Positions 19,088 to 27,712 of a stretch of DNA of 64,000 nt are shown here, in pieces. Below the pieces are notes generated by a model that was given only the letters and a program-made list of their open reading frames with translations, searched no databases and was not told the DNA's origin. The position numbers and the translations under genes are program-made. Source of the stretch: Lachnospiraceae bacterium (lineage in GTDB: Bacteria; Bacillota; Clostridia; Lachnospirales; Lachnospiraceae); contig JAILRJ010000044.1 of NCBI GenBank assembly GCA_024698285.1, positions 7,134 to 71,133 of the forward strand. The letters run 5' to 3'. How positions within the stretch are numbered: the first letter of the stretch is position 1; each line of letters begins with the position of its first letter.

Positions 19088-20025
19088 GAATGGTTCTCCC
19101 AATCAAACCCTGCCGACAGTCTTTCGGCATTGGGATTTTCCAGAAGATATCTTATCTTTGCGGCTATCTCTTCGGGATCGTCATACCGCCTGATCACATC
19201 CTCGTCCCGAATATTCCCAATTACTTCCAGGGCGCCCACCGCGCCTGAGCACAGGATAGGGCAACCGCACGAGAGTGCTTCCACAGGTGCCAGGCCGAAC
19301 GTCTCAAAGCAACTGTTCTGAACAAACAGCGCCGCCTCATCAAACAGCCTTACACCTTCGTCAAAGGGGACTATTCCCCTGTTATCGACATGATCATACG
19401 AATCTATCTCTTCGGAATCGGCACCTTTGTCCCCGATAACACACAGGTACAGTTTGTCATCATACTCTTTCCTAAGCTTCTCAACGGCCTCGCAGATGTA
19501 TTTGATCTTCTTACGGGGCATTCCGCCTCCGATAGAGAAGATCATGTGACGCTCCCTGTCCTCGCGTTTTTTCGAGTTGGAAAGAAGAGCACTGTCGATC
19601 CCGTTCGTTACATGATCGATCTTATCCGCATACATAGGATAATGGTCTTTTAGCCACTCGCCAAACCCGGCGCTCACGGCTATGACAAGATCCGCAAGCT
19701 CGAGGGTCTTCCTCTCGATCCTGTTCATCTCCTCATCGGGCTCGAGATTGATCCCGTTTTCATGCTCTACACATCCGTGCATTATGTATGCACTCGGTTT
19801 CTTCAGTATTTTAGCGGCTTTCAGGCCAAGTATGTTCTGTTTTGAGTATCCGGAGTACACAACAACGTCCGCCCGGATCGTATTCAAAATGATCTCGGGG
19901 ACGCGTGCGATCTTACCCCTTCTTTTCTGATAAAGGGTACCTTCGGGAAGATTCTCTATATAGTATTTGGTGACATTTGCGGGGCCCGTGCCCGAATAAT
20001 GGTCACCCGCCAGAAATATCCTCAT
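19027..20025 (-). CDS. Glycosyltransferase family 4
   Basis: 332 aa. The C-terminal half LFVQNSCFETFGLAPVEALSCGCPILCS is the GT4 E-x7-E region. ATGA overlap upstream. Confidence 0.75.
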   Translation of the reverse strand: MRIFLAGDHYSGTGPANVTKYYIENLPEGTLYQKRRGKIARVPEIILNTIRADVVVYSGYSKQNILGLKAAKILKKPSAYIMHGCVEHENGINLEPDEEMNRIERKTLELADLVIAVSAGFGEWLKDHYPMYADKIDHVTNGIDSALLSNSKKREDRERHMIFSIGGGMPRKKIKYICEAVEKLRKEYDDKLYLCVIGDKGADSEEIDSYDHVDNRGIVPFDEGVRLFDEAALFVQNSCFETFGLAPVEALSCGCPILCSGAVGALEVIGNIRDEDVIRRYDDPEEIAAKIRYLLENPNAERLSAGFDWENHSWKTVSTALVSKLSKLVSEK

Positions 20026-20828
20026 TTCGCCCGATCCTCTTTTATGCCGGCAAGGTATTCCTTACGGCCGCAAAACATCGCCGAAAGCGCCTCTTTCGTG
20101 CTCATATTGTCCGAATACAGGGCCTTCTTTCTTAGTGCGAACTGGATTATCAGCCCGAATGAGAACGGGCGAGACATCGCGGCGTAGTTCGCCCCCCTTG
20201 ATATGAAGAAATCCCTGTCGTATCCCTGAAACCACGTAGACTCCACGCTTCTGACCGCAGCGATCATCTCGGGAACATATACTATCTTCTTCCCGCGCTT
20301 AAGGCACTCGTACAGGAACAGATTCTCCTCCCCCATACGGTACTTTGCGCCCGCGCCGAACGACTCGTTAAACGATATGCCCTTGATGCCCTCTCTCCTG
20401 AATGCGATCTCCGGCGAGAATATCTTCATCACGGACAGATACCCCATTTTGCGGGGAGAATCGAAGATCGGCCTTTGCCTCTCGGGCCGTTTTATGAAGA
20501 AGACGATGACATCTGCATCGCTGTATTTGAGAAATGCATCGTCTATTATCCTGTCGTAATCCTTTACGTACTCCACATCGTTATCGCAGAGTATGCACAC
20601 GTCGCCCGAAGCTTTTGATATAGCCATGTTGCGGCTCTTTGAAAGACCGCGCTGCGTCGTCTCGATGTACGTCACGTTTACGGTCCCTTCCGGGGTATCG
20701 CGGACAACCTTCTTCTCACACTGCCTGTCGCACTGATTGATGACAACGCAGTCCGTATGGATGTTCAGGGTGTCGATATATGCTTCACTGTCAAGATGCA
20801 TTGCCGACAGCAGAACTTCTACGCTCAC
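20022..20828 (-). CDS. GT-A fold glycosyltransferase (family 2-like)
   Basis: 268 aa. VEVLLSAMHLDSEAYIDTLNI...LSKSRNMAISKASGDVCILCDNDVEY carries a DxD motif. The GTG start directly follows the upstream TGA. Confidence 0.6.
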   Translation of the reverse strand: MSVEVLLSAMHLDSEAYIDTLNIHTDCVVINQCDRQCEKKVVRDTPEGTVNVTYIETTQRGLSKSRNMAISKASGDVCILCDNDVEYVKDYDRIIDDAFLKYSDADVIVFFIKRPERQRPIFDSPRKMGYLSVMKIFSPEIAFRREGIKGISFNESFGAGAKYRMGEENLFLYECLKRGKKIVYVPEMIAAVRSVESTWFQGYDRDFFISRGANYAAMSRPFSFGLIIQFALRKKALYSDNMSTKEALSAMFCGRKEYLAGIKEDRAK

Positions 20829-21578
20829 TCAGACCCTCCTTGCGACGGCGCGAACCGCCCAGTGGCAGAAACAGTATATGCTGTAGAAAATATTAAGATG
20901 CTCCGTTTTGCGGTAAAGATTCCAGATGCGCCTTATCGCTTCGAGCTTGTTGGCCGATAGCGTACCTCCGGAACGGCGGTAGAGCGTCAGTGTCTCGTCG
21001 ATCCCGAAGCCCTCTCCCGTCTTCTTCAGGACACGCCACCACGTTGCCGTATCCTCGCTCTTGACATAAGGCATGTATATGTCGTCCTTCGAAAGTTTAT
21101 CGGTATCGAACATGACGGTGCTCGTGAAGATGGTCGTGTTCTTAAGCGCCTCTTTGTATGTAATCGTTGCGGGAACCCTGACAACGGTCCCGAGTCCCCT
21201 GCCTTTCTCGTCGGCGAATTCATATCCCGTAAACGAGAAAGCGGCATCTTTCTCTTTCATGAAAGCGACCTGCTTCTCAAGCTTGTCCTCTTTCCACAGA
21301 TCGTCGGCATCGATGAACGCGATATACCTTCCGCCGGCGGCTTCGATACCGGTATTCCTGGCTCCGGCAGCTCCCTTTTCCTTTGCGTTCGACATAAGCT
21401 TTATGCGTCCGTCGCCCAAATACGACCCGATGATCTTCCGGCTGTCATCGGTTGACGAGTCGTCCACAAGGATCAGTTCCAGGTCCGTATAACTTTGATT
21501 TAATACGCACATAATCGTGTCGGCAATGCACTCTCTGGCATTAAACACCGGCACGACTATGCTGACTGTACTATTCAT
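20829..21578 (-). CDS. Glycosyltransferase family 2
   Basis: VSIVVPVFNARECIADTIMCVLNQSYTDLELILVDDSSTDDS...ARNTGIEAAGGRYIAFIDADD. The start is ATG 21578 or GTG 21587. Confidence 0.85.
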   Translation of the reverse strand: MNSTVSIVVPVFNARECIADTIMCVLNQSYTDLELILVDDSSTDDSRKIIGSYLGDGRIKLMSNAKEKGAAGARNTGIEAAGGRYIAFIDADDLWKEDKLEKQVAFMKEKDAAFSFTGYEFADEKGRGLGTVVRVPATITYKEALKNTTIFTSTVMFDTDKLSKDDIYMPYVKSEDTATWWRVLKKTGEGFGIDETLTLYRRSGGTLSANKLEAIRRIWNLYRKTEHLNIFYSIYCFCHWAVRAVARRV

Positions 21579-22938
21579 TTTCCTCACCTGTCAAAGGAGC
21601 CGGATCATCCGCGACACCTTCGCTGCTTCCGATCATAAAGAGCGTCTTGACCGTCAGTATCAGAAGCCTAAGGTCCATCCAGACGGAAAAGTTCTCTATG
21701 TAGTAAAGATCCAGCTTCAGTTTGTCGTAAGGCCTCGTATTATATTTGCCGTAGACCTGTGCGTAACCGGTTATTCCCGCGACGACCTTTGTCCTGTATG
21801 AAAACTCCGGCATCTTCTCGGTATATTCTTTGATCTTCTCCGGTCGCTCCGGGCGAGGGCCCACAAACGACATGTCTCCGGCAAGAACGTTAAACAACTG
21901 AGGGAGTTCATCTATCCTGAGCTTTCTGATCACGTGCCCGACGGGAGTGATCCTGTTGTCATGCTTTGACGCAAGAACAGCCTTTCCGTCTTCCTCGGCA
22001 TGTTCTATCATGCTTCGAAACTTTATGATCCTGAACTGTTTCATGCCTCTCGTGCATCTCGTCTGCCGGTAGAAAACGCTTCCGCCGTCGCACACCTTTA
22101 CGGCTATTGCCGTGATAAGCATGATCGGTGATGTGATGATGATCATCAGCAGGGCAAAGATGACGTCAAACATCCTCTTGACCGTCCTCTGCTCGCCTTC
22201 TATCGGGTCGCTCTTCGTAAACAGAAGAGGCGTATCGAAAAGGTGCAGGTTCTGCGAACCTTTAAGAACGATATCCATTATCTTTGGACTGACGTATATG
22301 TCGACGTCGTTCTCGTAACAGCTCTTGAACACGGTGTTCCTCAGCTCGTTCGGGATATCCCAGAGCATCACGGCTTCATGCTTCGAAATCTCGCTGCATA
22401 TGGCATCCATGTCCTCGGAAACGCTCATCGCCTTCGTGACCGTGAACTGATGTCTCCTTGTTTTGAACTTGTCGATGATTATATCCTGACTGCTGCCGCC
22501 GTACACCAAAAGCACATCTATCGGCGGGAACAGCGCCCTGTATCCGAGTGTCGAGGCTATTATCCACAGCCCGATCGCAAAGCACTGCACGATCATTCCG
22601 ATAAGGAGCGGTATAACGGTCGGAAAACGATAGGCGAGAAGACATATGATCGCATAGAACAGGATATTCGTAACAAGAGTCGCAAATCCCTGGGACAGGG
22701 TCAGCTCGATCATCCTGAAGGAGCCTATCTTCAGGCCTCCGTACATGACCGAAGCGAAGAACAGCATCACCAGATAGATAACGGCGATGAATACATGTCC
22801 CCAGAAATAGAAAGCTTTGGGAATGCCGGTATTGTAATGCCAGAACCAAACGTACAGCATTATTCCGGTCTCGATCGCCAGGATCAAAAGCGATGTGACA
22901 AACAGATATACTCTTTTCTGAAACTGTTTACGGTTCAA
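21571..22938 (-). CDS. Undecaprenyl-phosphate hexose-1-phosphate transferase (WcaJ/CpsE/EpsE-type, polytopic)
   Basis: 455 aa. The C-terminal catalytic domain reads KRMFDVIFALLMIIITSPIML...GGSVFYRQTRCTRGMKQFRIIKFRSM...[24 protein letters not shown]...GITGYAQV. Confidence 0.9.
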   Translation of the reverse strand: MNRKQFQKRVYLFVTSLLILAIETGIMLYVWFWHYNTGIPKAFYFWGHVFIAVIYLVMLFFASVMYGGLKIGSFRMIELTLSQGFATLVTNILFYAIICLLAYRFPTVIPLLIGMIVQCFAIGLWIIASTLGYRALFPPIDVLLVYGGSSQDIIIDKFKTRRHQFTVTKAMSVSEDMDAICSEISKHEAVMLWDIPNELRNTVFKSCYENDVDIYVSPKIMDIVLKGSQNLHLFDTPLLFTKSDPIEGEQRTVKRMFDVIFALLMIIITSPIMLITAIAVKVCDGGSVFYRQTRCTRGMKQFRIIKFRSMIEHAEEDGKAVLASKHDNRITPVGHVIRKLRIDELPQLFNVLAGDMSFVGPRPERPEKIKEYTEKMPEFSYRTKVVAGITGYAQVYGKYNTRPYDKLKLDLYYIENFSVWMDLRLLILTVKTLFMIGSSEGVADDPAPLTGEENE

Positions 22939-22944
22939 AACAGA

Positions 22945-23820
22945 CTACTCCCTGCGCGTCAGGAGCAGGAAGAGCGCATAGATACACCCTGCGGCAAGCC
23001 ACGGTACAGCTATCCGGCTTCCGCCGAAAATCGGACGACCCGACCTTCGTGCATATATCACAAGACGCCCCAGGTATTTGATCTTGAGTATCCCCGGCGG
23101 CGTGATAAAGGCTCTCTGCTCATAATAAAGGTAAAAAGCGTTAACGTTTTCCTGTCGAAGCTTTTTAACCGTTTTTGTGTAACCGGCCCCGGTTATCTCG
23201 CACACGGTCACTATCCGCGGCAGAACGGCCAGAACACATATCTCATCTATTTTATCATAAATATAGTCTTCGGGTACATATTTTTCGCCTTCGATCTCGG
23301 GAAACGGAAACCGTTTCAAAAGACCGGTCTCATACATAAGCGTTGTCTCTCCGGCAAACCCCGCCCTGTACAGTCCGAACAGGGTGGATCTTTCCACCTT
23401 CGGAAAATCACTCGATCCGAGCAGTTTCTCACTCGTGCATCCTTTATGTGCCACCACTCCGCCGATCTTTTCGTTTTCGGTCTCATTCTTCTTCGCATCA
23501 TCGTATGCCGCAAGAAGATCCGAGACGGCAGTCGGCGTCAGATAATCATCCGAGTCCAGGCAGAGGAAAAGAGGTGTTTCGCACATAGCCACACCGGTGT
23601 TGTGAGCCCGCATCTTTCCGCCGTTTTCCCTGTACCTGTAGCGTATCGGAATAAGTCCTTCATCGATCCACTTTTTGACCTCGTCATCGGTCCCGTCGGT
23701 AGATCCGTCATCGACTATCAGCCATTCAAAATCTTTAGACGTCTGGACCGTTAAACTCTTATATGCACGCGCGAGAAGTTCTCTTCTGTTGTATGTCGGA
23801 GTAAAAACGGTAAGCCTCAT
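22945..23820 (-). CDS. Glycosyltransferase family 2 with C-terminal membrane anchor
   Basis: MRLTVFTPTYNRRELLARAYKSLTVQTSKDFEWLIVDDGSTDGT...LCLDSDDY, with a hydrophobic C-terminus VPWLAAGCIYALFLLL. Confidence 0.85.
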   Translation of the reverse strand: MRLTVFTPTYNRRELLARAYKSLTVQTSKDFEWLIVDDGSTDGTDDEVKKWIDEGLIPIRYRYRENGGKMRAHNTGVAMCETPLFLCLDSDDYLTPTAVSDLLAAYDDAKKNETENEKIGGVVAHKGCTSEKLLGSSDFPKVERSTLFGLYRAGFAGETTLMYETGLLKRFPFPEIEGEKYVPEDYIYDKIDEICVLAVLPRIVTVCEITGAGYTKTVKKLRQENVNAFYLYYEQRAFITPPGILKIKYLGRLVIYARRSGRPIFGGSRIAVPWLAAGCIYALFLLLTRRE

Positions 23821-24710
23821 TTGAGCCTCCTGTAACTGAACCTGTGCTCGACACCGGTATAATCTACAAGCTCATGCTCGACCGGCTCGGCAAGGTCATA
23901 TCTGAATACGATATGTGTCGGAGTCTGTCCTATCTCATACAGTCCGGCCTTTTTGACGAAAGCCGTCTGCGGATGGCCTTTTGTAAGGACAACGTACTGT
24001 GTATCAGTAGCGTCAAGTGCAGCGCAAAGTTCCTCCTCATCCACCCTCTGATTCCTGACAAGGAGCGCCAGAAGCACATTTTGAGGCCTGGTCTCGTCCT
24101 CAAGCATCTCATCCGTATAAGAATAGTTCACGGCATATATGTAATCCTCCCTGTCAACACACAGGAGCATCTTCGGATCGTACTGGCGTATTTCCATATT
24201 GTATTCGTATTCGAAGAACGCCTTTGCATACTCCGTTTGTGAGTCTTCATGTATCATCTCCGATATCGTGATAAGTTCATCCGGTATCCTGTATATGTTC
24301 TGTGCGATTTTTATACCTTCTCCGTACACAAAGTTTCCGCCGAATATGAACATGGCCGCCGTGAGAGCGACGATAAGAGCCCTCTGTTTTTTCAGGCCGT
24401 CATCGTATATGAGCGTTGTTGCGACATACGGGACGATAATTATGACCGGTGCGATCCAGAACAGCCTGTAATACTCGCTGTTAACGTCAAATATCTTATC
24501 GAGGACGAGCGGTGTTACCGGATTGAACACCGTGACAACGAGCATGACCGCCTGAGGTATGAAGAGCTGCCTGTCCTTTTTGCTCCCTTTTACGAGAATG
24601 AACAGGATCGCGATCAGGTACAGCGCAAAGAAGCCCGTCCCGGCCGTATACAGCCCTAGGCACTTGGCAAGATACCCTATTCCGTTTTCAAATACATTCA
24701 CACCCTGCAT
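23817..24710 (-). CDS. Uncharacterised membrane protein (about 5 TM helices plus a ~165-aa C-terminal soluble domain), block member E
   Basis: 297-aa ORF with a hydrophobic N-terminal half, ATG start and ATGA overlap with the downstream GT2. I recognise no catalytic motif. Confidence 0.6.
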   Translation of the reverse strand: MQGVNVFENGIGYLAKCLGLYTAGTGFFALYLIAILFILVKGSKKDRQLFIPQAVMLVVTVFNPVTPLVLDKIFDVNSEYYRLFWIAPVIIIVPYVATTLIYDDGLKKQRALIVALTAAMFIFGGNFVYGEGIKIAQNIYRIPDELITISEMIHEDSQTEYAKAFFEYEYNMEIRQYDPKMLLCVDREDYIYAVNYSYTDEMLEDETRPQNVLLALLVRNQRVDEEELCAALDATDTQYVVLTKGHPQTAFVKKAGLYEIGQTPTHIVFRYDLAEPVEHELVDYTGVEHRFSYRRLK

Positions 24711-24712
24711 AT

Positions 24713-25771
24713 CTACCTCGGAAACGTATAGACAGCAAACCAGCCCTTAACGTAAAGCACATACACGAGCATCATCACAAGTTCAGGAAGAATACATACA
24801 AGTATCTTCGGCAGTATCTTCAGCCTCTTTTGAAGGATCGCATACGGTATAAAGAGTATGCAGACCTCGGCGGGGATCACCATATTGGCCGTTGAACTTA
24901 CGGTGGCGGTCCCGAGGCAGACAACGAACAGTTTCAGGAACAGGCCTGTAGGTTTCTCTTCGTATACGGCCTGCATATACAGTATGAAGATCAGAAGCAC
25001 GGAAACATTCCCCACGACCGATTTGCCCTCATACGTTCTTGTCAACAGGAAGTTGGACGTTGTGTAAATGCTTATGAACAGGAAGTTTACAAGCACCATC
25101 ATCACATACATCGAAAATGCACGTCCGTGTTCCTTGAAGAATGACCTTGCAACATGAACGTACAAAATGTTCACTATGATCATAACGGCCGATGCCATGA
25201 CCGTCTTTGTCACGACAAGTGCCGGAAGGGATGTAAGACTGCATATGACGGCGTCATTAACGTAATACGTTGAGAAAACGTAACGAAGTTCAAAATGATC
25301 GAGCCATGCACCGGTAAACGGGTCGTATACATTGATCATATTCGTGTCAACGTTGGTTGTTACGCCCGCAACGTAATATGCGGCATCGAGCGTGAAATTG
25401 TACGTTATCGCAACAAGTATGACCGATATCGCGATCACTGCGACAACGCCGGTCCAGAATAAGCGGTTCTGCCCGATCTCGGTTTTGATCTCGGCGATCT
25501 TATCTTTCCATGCCTTCCTGAACAGTATCGCCGATACGACAGGAATGAGCGCGCACGGCACTACCCACATCCGGGCCAGAAGCGAAAGCGGCCTATATGT
25601 GAGCATAACGGGCAGGCAGACAAGTGCAAAGAGCGCGTAATACGCGAAAAATCCCACTGCGGCCGTAACGGCCAGAGATCCGATCTTTCCTTTCCTTACC
25701 GCGAAAAAGCTGCCGAATGCCAGATACAATATGAAATTGACAACAAGTAATAACGCTGCCTTTAAGATCAT
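24713..25771 (-). CDS. Uncharacterised polytopic membrane protein (about 10 TM helices), block member D
   Basis: 352-aa ORF, almost entirely hydrophobic helices, with one loop TLDAAYYVAGVTTNVDTNMINVYDPFTGAW. No Wzy_C, MOP or MBOAT signature seen. Confidence 0.6.
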   Translation of the reverse strand: MILKAALLLVVNFILYLAFGSFFAVRKGKIGSLAVTAAVGFFAYYALFALVCLPVMLTYRPLSLLARMWVVPCALIPVVSAILFRKAWKDKIAEIKTEIGQNRLFWTGVVAVIAISVILVAITYNFTLDAAYYVAGVTTNVDTNMINVYDPFTGAWLDHFELRYVFSTYYVNDAVICSLTSLPALVVTKTVMASAVMIIVNILYVHVARSFFKEHGRAFSMYVMMVLVNFLFISIYTTSNFLLTRTYEGKSVVGNVSVLLIFILYMQAVYEEKPTGLFLKLFVVCLGTATVSSTANMVIPAEVCILFIPYAILQKRLKILPKILVCILPELVMMLVYVLYVKGWFAVYTFPR

Positions 25772-25775
25772 CTTC

Positions 25776-27029
25776 CTATTCCGTCAGTTCATCGGCACTG
25801 ATCACAAACACCTTTTCGGCATCAACTGTTCCGTTTGAGGTAAGAGTGCGCATGGCACCCGCAGACTCCTCATCTTCCCCGTACACATACCATTTTGTGA
25901 CCGAAGTTCCGTACTTTCCGATAAAATCCGCAAGGTCATCGGCATTGGCCGACGATCCGCCTCCTATAAACGAAAGAGTCCCGTCGCTTCCCCGGAGCAG
26001 ATACCCCTCCACCTTACCTTCCGCACCGACGAACTCGTACATGGCGCATCTGCTGTTCATATCTTCCTGGAGGTTAAGCGTTGCCGCATACAGACTGTTT
26101 ATCTTGCCGTTTAATACGACTATAGTCCCTATGAGCGCTACGGCGAGCACACCAAGTGCTATCGCAAGATTCCTCGCATTTATTATCCTGTGATTTTTCA
26201 TGTCCCATTCCTCCAACAGTTCGTCGTTTATTTCGTTTTCATCTGCCCGGACCTTATCCGGCAGAGCTTTCATGCATGCATTCAAGATCACCGAAGCCGT
26301 TCCCAAAAGACCGTGTATTATAAATACCCATGTTCCGGACCACGACAGAAGAAGCGTTGCCGGTATCAGGACCTGCGACTGATATCCGAACAGATTGAGA
26401 AGCGATACGGCAACGAACGATACAAACCTTTTATATCCGTCCGTCACCTCGAATATCACCGCAGCATAACAAACATAATAAAAAGTTATGAGCGTCGCCG
26501 GGAGCACACCGAATATGAGATTCAGCGGATGAACCCCCGTTATCCGCGATAAGAGCCCGACGATCAGCATCATCGGATCGGCGGTAAACATACGTCCGGA
26601 ATCGAATACCTTTGCAGCGGCTCTGACACCTTCGAGTACATGCGCATTTTCAAACGCATACGATACGGCTCCGTATACCTGCAGGGCTGTTATCAAAGCG
26701 CAAACGGCCGTCATCGCCGCGCTCTTTTGATCAAAGTGAGGCCAAAGAACTTTAAGACCGGAACCGGTACGCTTCTTCATAACGATTCCCGACACCGCTA
26801 TGACGATAAGCGCGCAAAGCGCAACGATCGCCGTGACATTTGCCGGAAGATGCGCAGCCCCACCGATAAGACAGGCTGCCATCGCCGTCACGATAAGGAT
26901 ACATCCGCCCGATGCTATCCGAAGCGGCAGCGTGGATTCTCTTCTAAGCTTTGCCATGACTGTATCTGTCCACGAACCGAGCAGGAAAGACAATATAAAG
27001 AACAGGATAAATACCGCAATACTCATCAT
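25776..27029 (-). CDS. Uncharacterised polytopic membrane protein with a ~110-aa C-terminal soluble domain, block member C
   Basis: I prefer ATG 27029 (MMSIAVFILFF), which shares one base with the upstream TGA (TGATG). Multiple TM helices are followed by a final TM and the globular tail CAMYEFVGAEGKVEGYLLRGSDGTLSFIGGG... Confidence 0.6.
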   Translation of the reverse strand: MMSIAVFILFFILSFLLGSWTDTVMAKLRRESTLPLRIASGGCILIVTAMAACLIGGAAHLPANVTAIVALCALIVIAVSGIVMKKRTGSGLKVLWPHFDQKSAAMTAVCALITALQVYGAVSYAFENAHVLEGVRAAAKVFDSGRMFTADPMMLIVGLLSRITGVHPLNLIFGVLPATLITFYYVCYAAVIFEVTDGYKRFVSFVAVSLLNLFGYQSQVLIPATLLLSWSGTWVFIIHGLLGTASVILNACMKALPDKVRADENEINDELLEEWDMKNHRIINARNLAIALGVLAVALIGTIVVLNGKINSLYAATLNLQEDMNSRCAMYEFVGAEGKVEGYLLRGSDGTLSFIGGGSSANADDLADFIGKYGTSVTKWYVYGEDEESAGAMRTLTSNGTVDAEKVFVISADELTE

Positions 27030-27712
27030 CAGGGATCTCTCACCTCCCTGTACAGGCGGCACCCTTCATTCTCAAGGACAAGTTCGTATCCGCACTTTGT
27101 GATCGGAACCTCGGGCCATATGTCGACCGGAAGCACAACATATTCGAATCCTTCACGGTGTGCTATGCCGGCTATCTTCTTCATATCCGGATGTATACCG
27201 TCAAGTTCGGTGCGGATCACACTCTCATCGGATCCCTTCAGAATATCCGATGACAGGACAAACCTTGACGAATATGCGGCAAAATACGGCGCCCTGTCAT
27301 AAGGCACAAGCACGCGTGCATCTCCTTCGGGAATGCCGTTCATCGCATCGACAAGATATGCCGGTATGTGCATTTCGTTTTCCGCCTTCTCGCAAAGCTC
27401 TCCGGAGAACACCAGCTTGCCCGATGAAGTAACGGCAAGGATCGACAGGCATGCGGCAAACAAAACGGCCGCCGCTTTCAAAACAGGTTTTGCGTATCCT
27501 GCGCCGGCCACCCTGTCGATAACTTCCGAGACAGCCAGTCCGATCGTCGATAAAGGCGACATTACCGTAAACATGTTTCTGTAACGCCTTTTTTCGCTCA
27601 AGCATATCAGAAGGATGAAAAGTGAAGCCGCAACGAACAGCACGACTGCATTCCCTTCCCCGATAAAGCTCCTGAAAGCGGTATGAAGTTTATAAAAAAG
27701 TTCTCTTATCAT
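27029..27712 (-). CDS. Uncharacterised membrane-anchored protein (about 3 TM helices plus a ~120-aa soluble domain), block member B
   Basis: 227-aa ORF. ATG 27712 lies 23 nt inside the 3' end of the upstream gene. No recognisable motif. Confidence 0.55.
   Translation of the reverse strand: MIRELFYKLHTAFRSFIGEGNAVVLFVAASLFILLICLSEKRRYRNMFTVMSPLSTIGLAVSEVIDRVAGAGYAKPVLKAAAVLFAACLSILAVTSSGKLVFSGELCEKAENEMHIPAYLVDAMNGIPEGDARVLVPYDRAPYFAAYSSRFVLSSDILKGSDESVIRTELDGIHPDMKKIAGIAHREGFEYVVLPVDIWPEVPITKCGYELVLENEGCRLYREVRDP

Noticed and set aside
22243-23754. 503-aa plus-strand ORF, the longest plus-strand ORF in the track apart from rfbD
   Set aside because: It runs antisense across two strongly supported minus-strand genes (the sugar transferase and the GT2) and spans their junction. 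Its translation is Arg/His/Pro/Ser-rich with no motif. It is a typical shadow ORF of a codon-biased gene on the opposite strand.
25776-26110. The C-terminal domain of membrane protein C looked like the start of a metallo-beta-lactamase/ComEC fold (YLLRGSDGTLSFIGGGSS...)
   Set aside because: It has no HxHxDH motif or later His/Asp ligands, and the domain is only ~110 aa. The resemblance is too weak to call.
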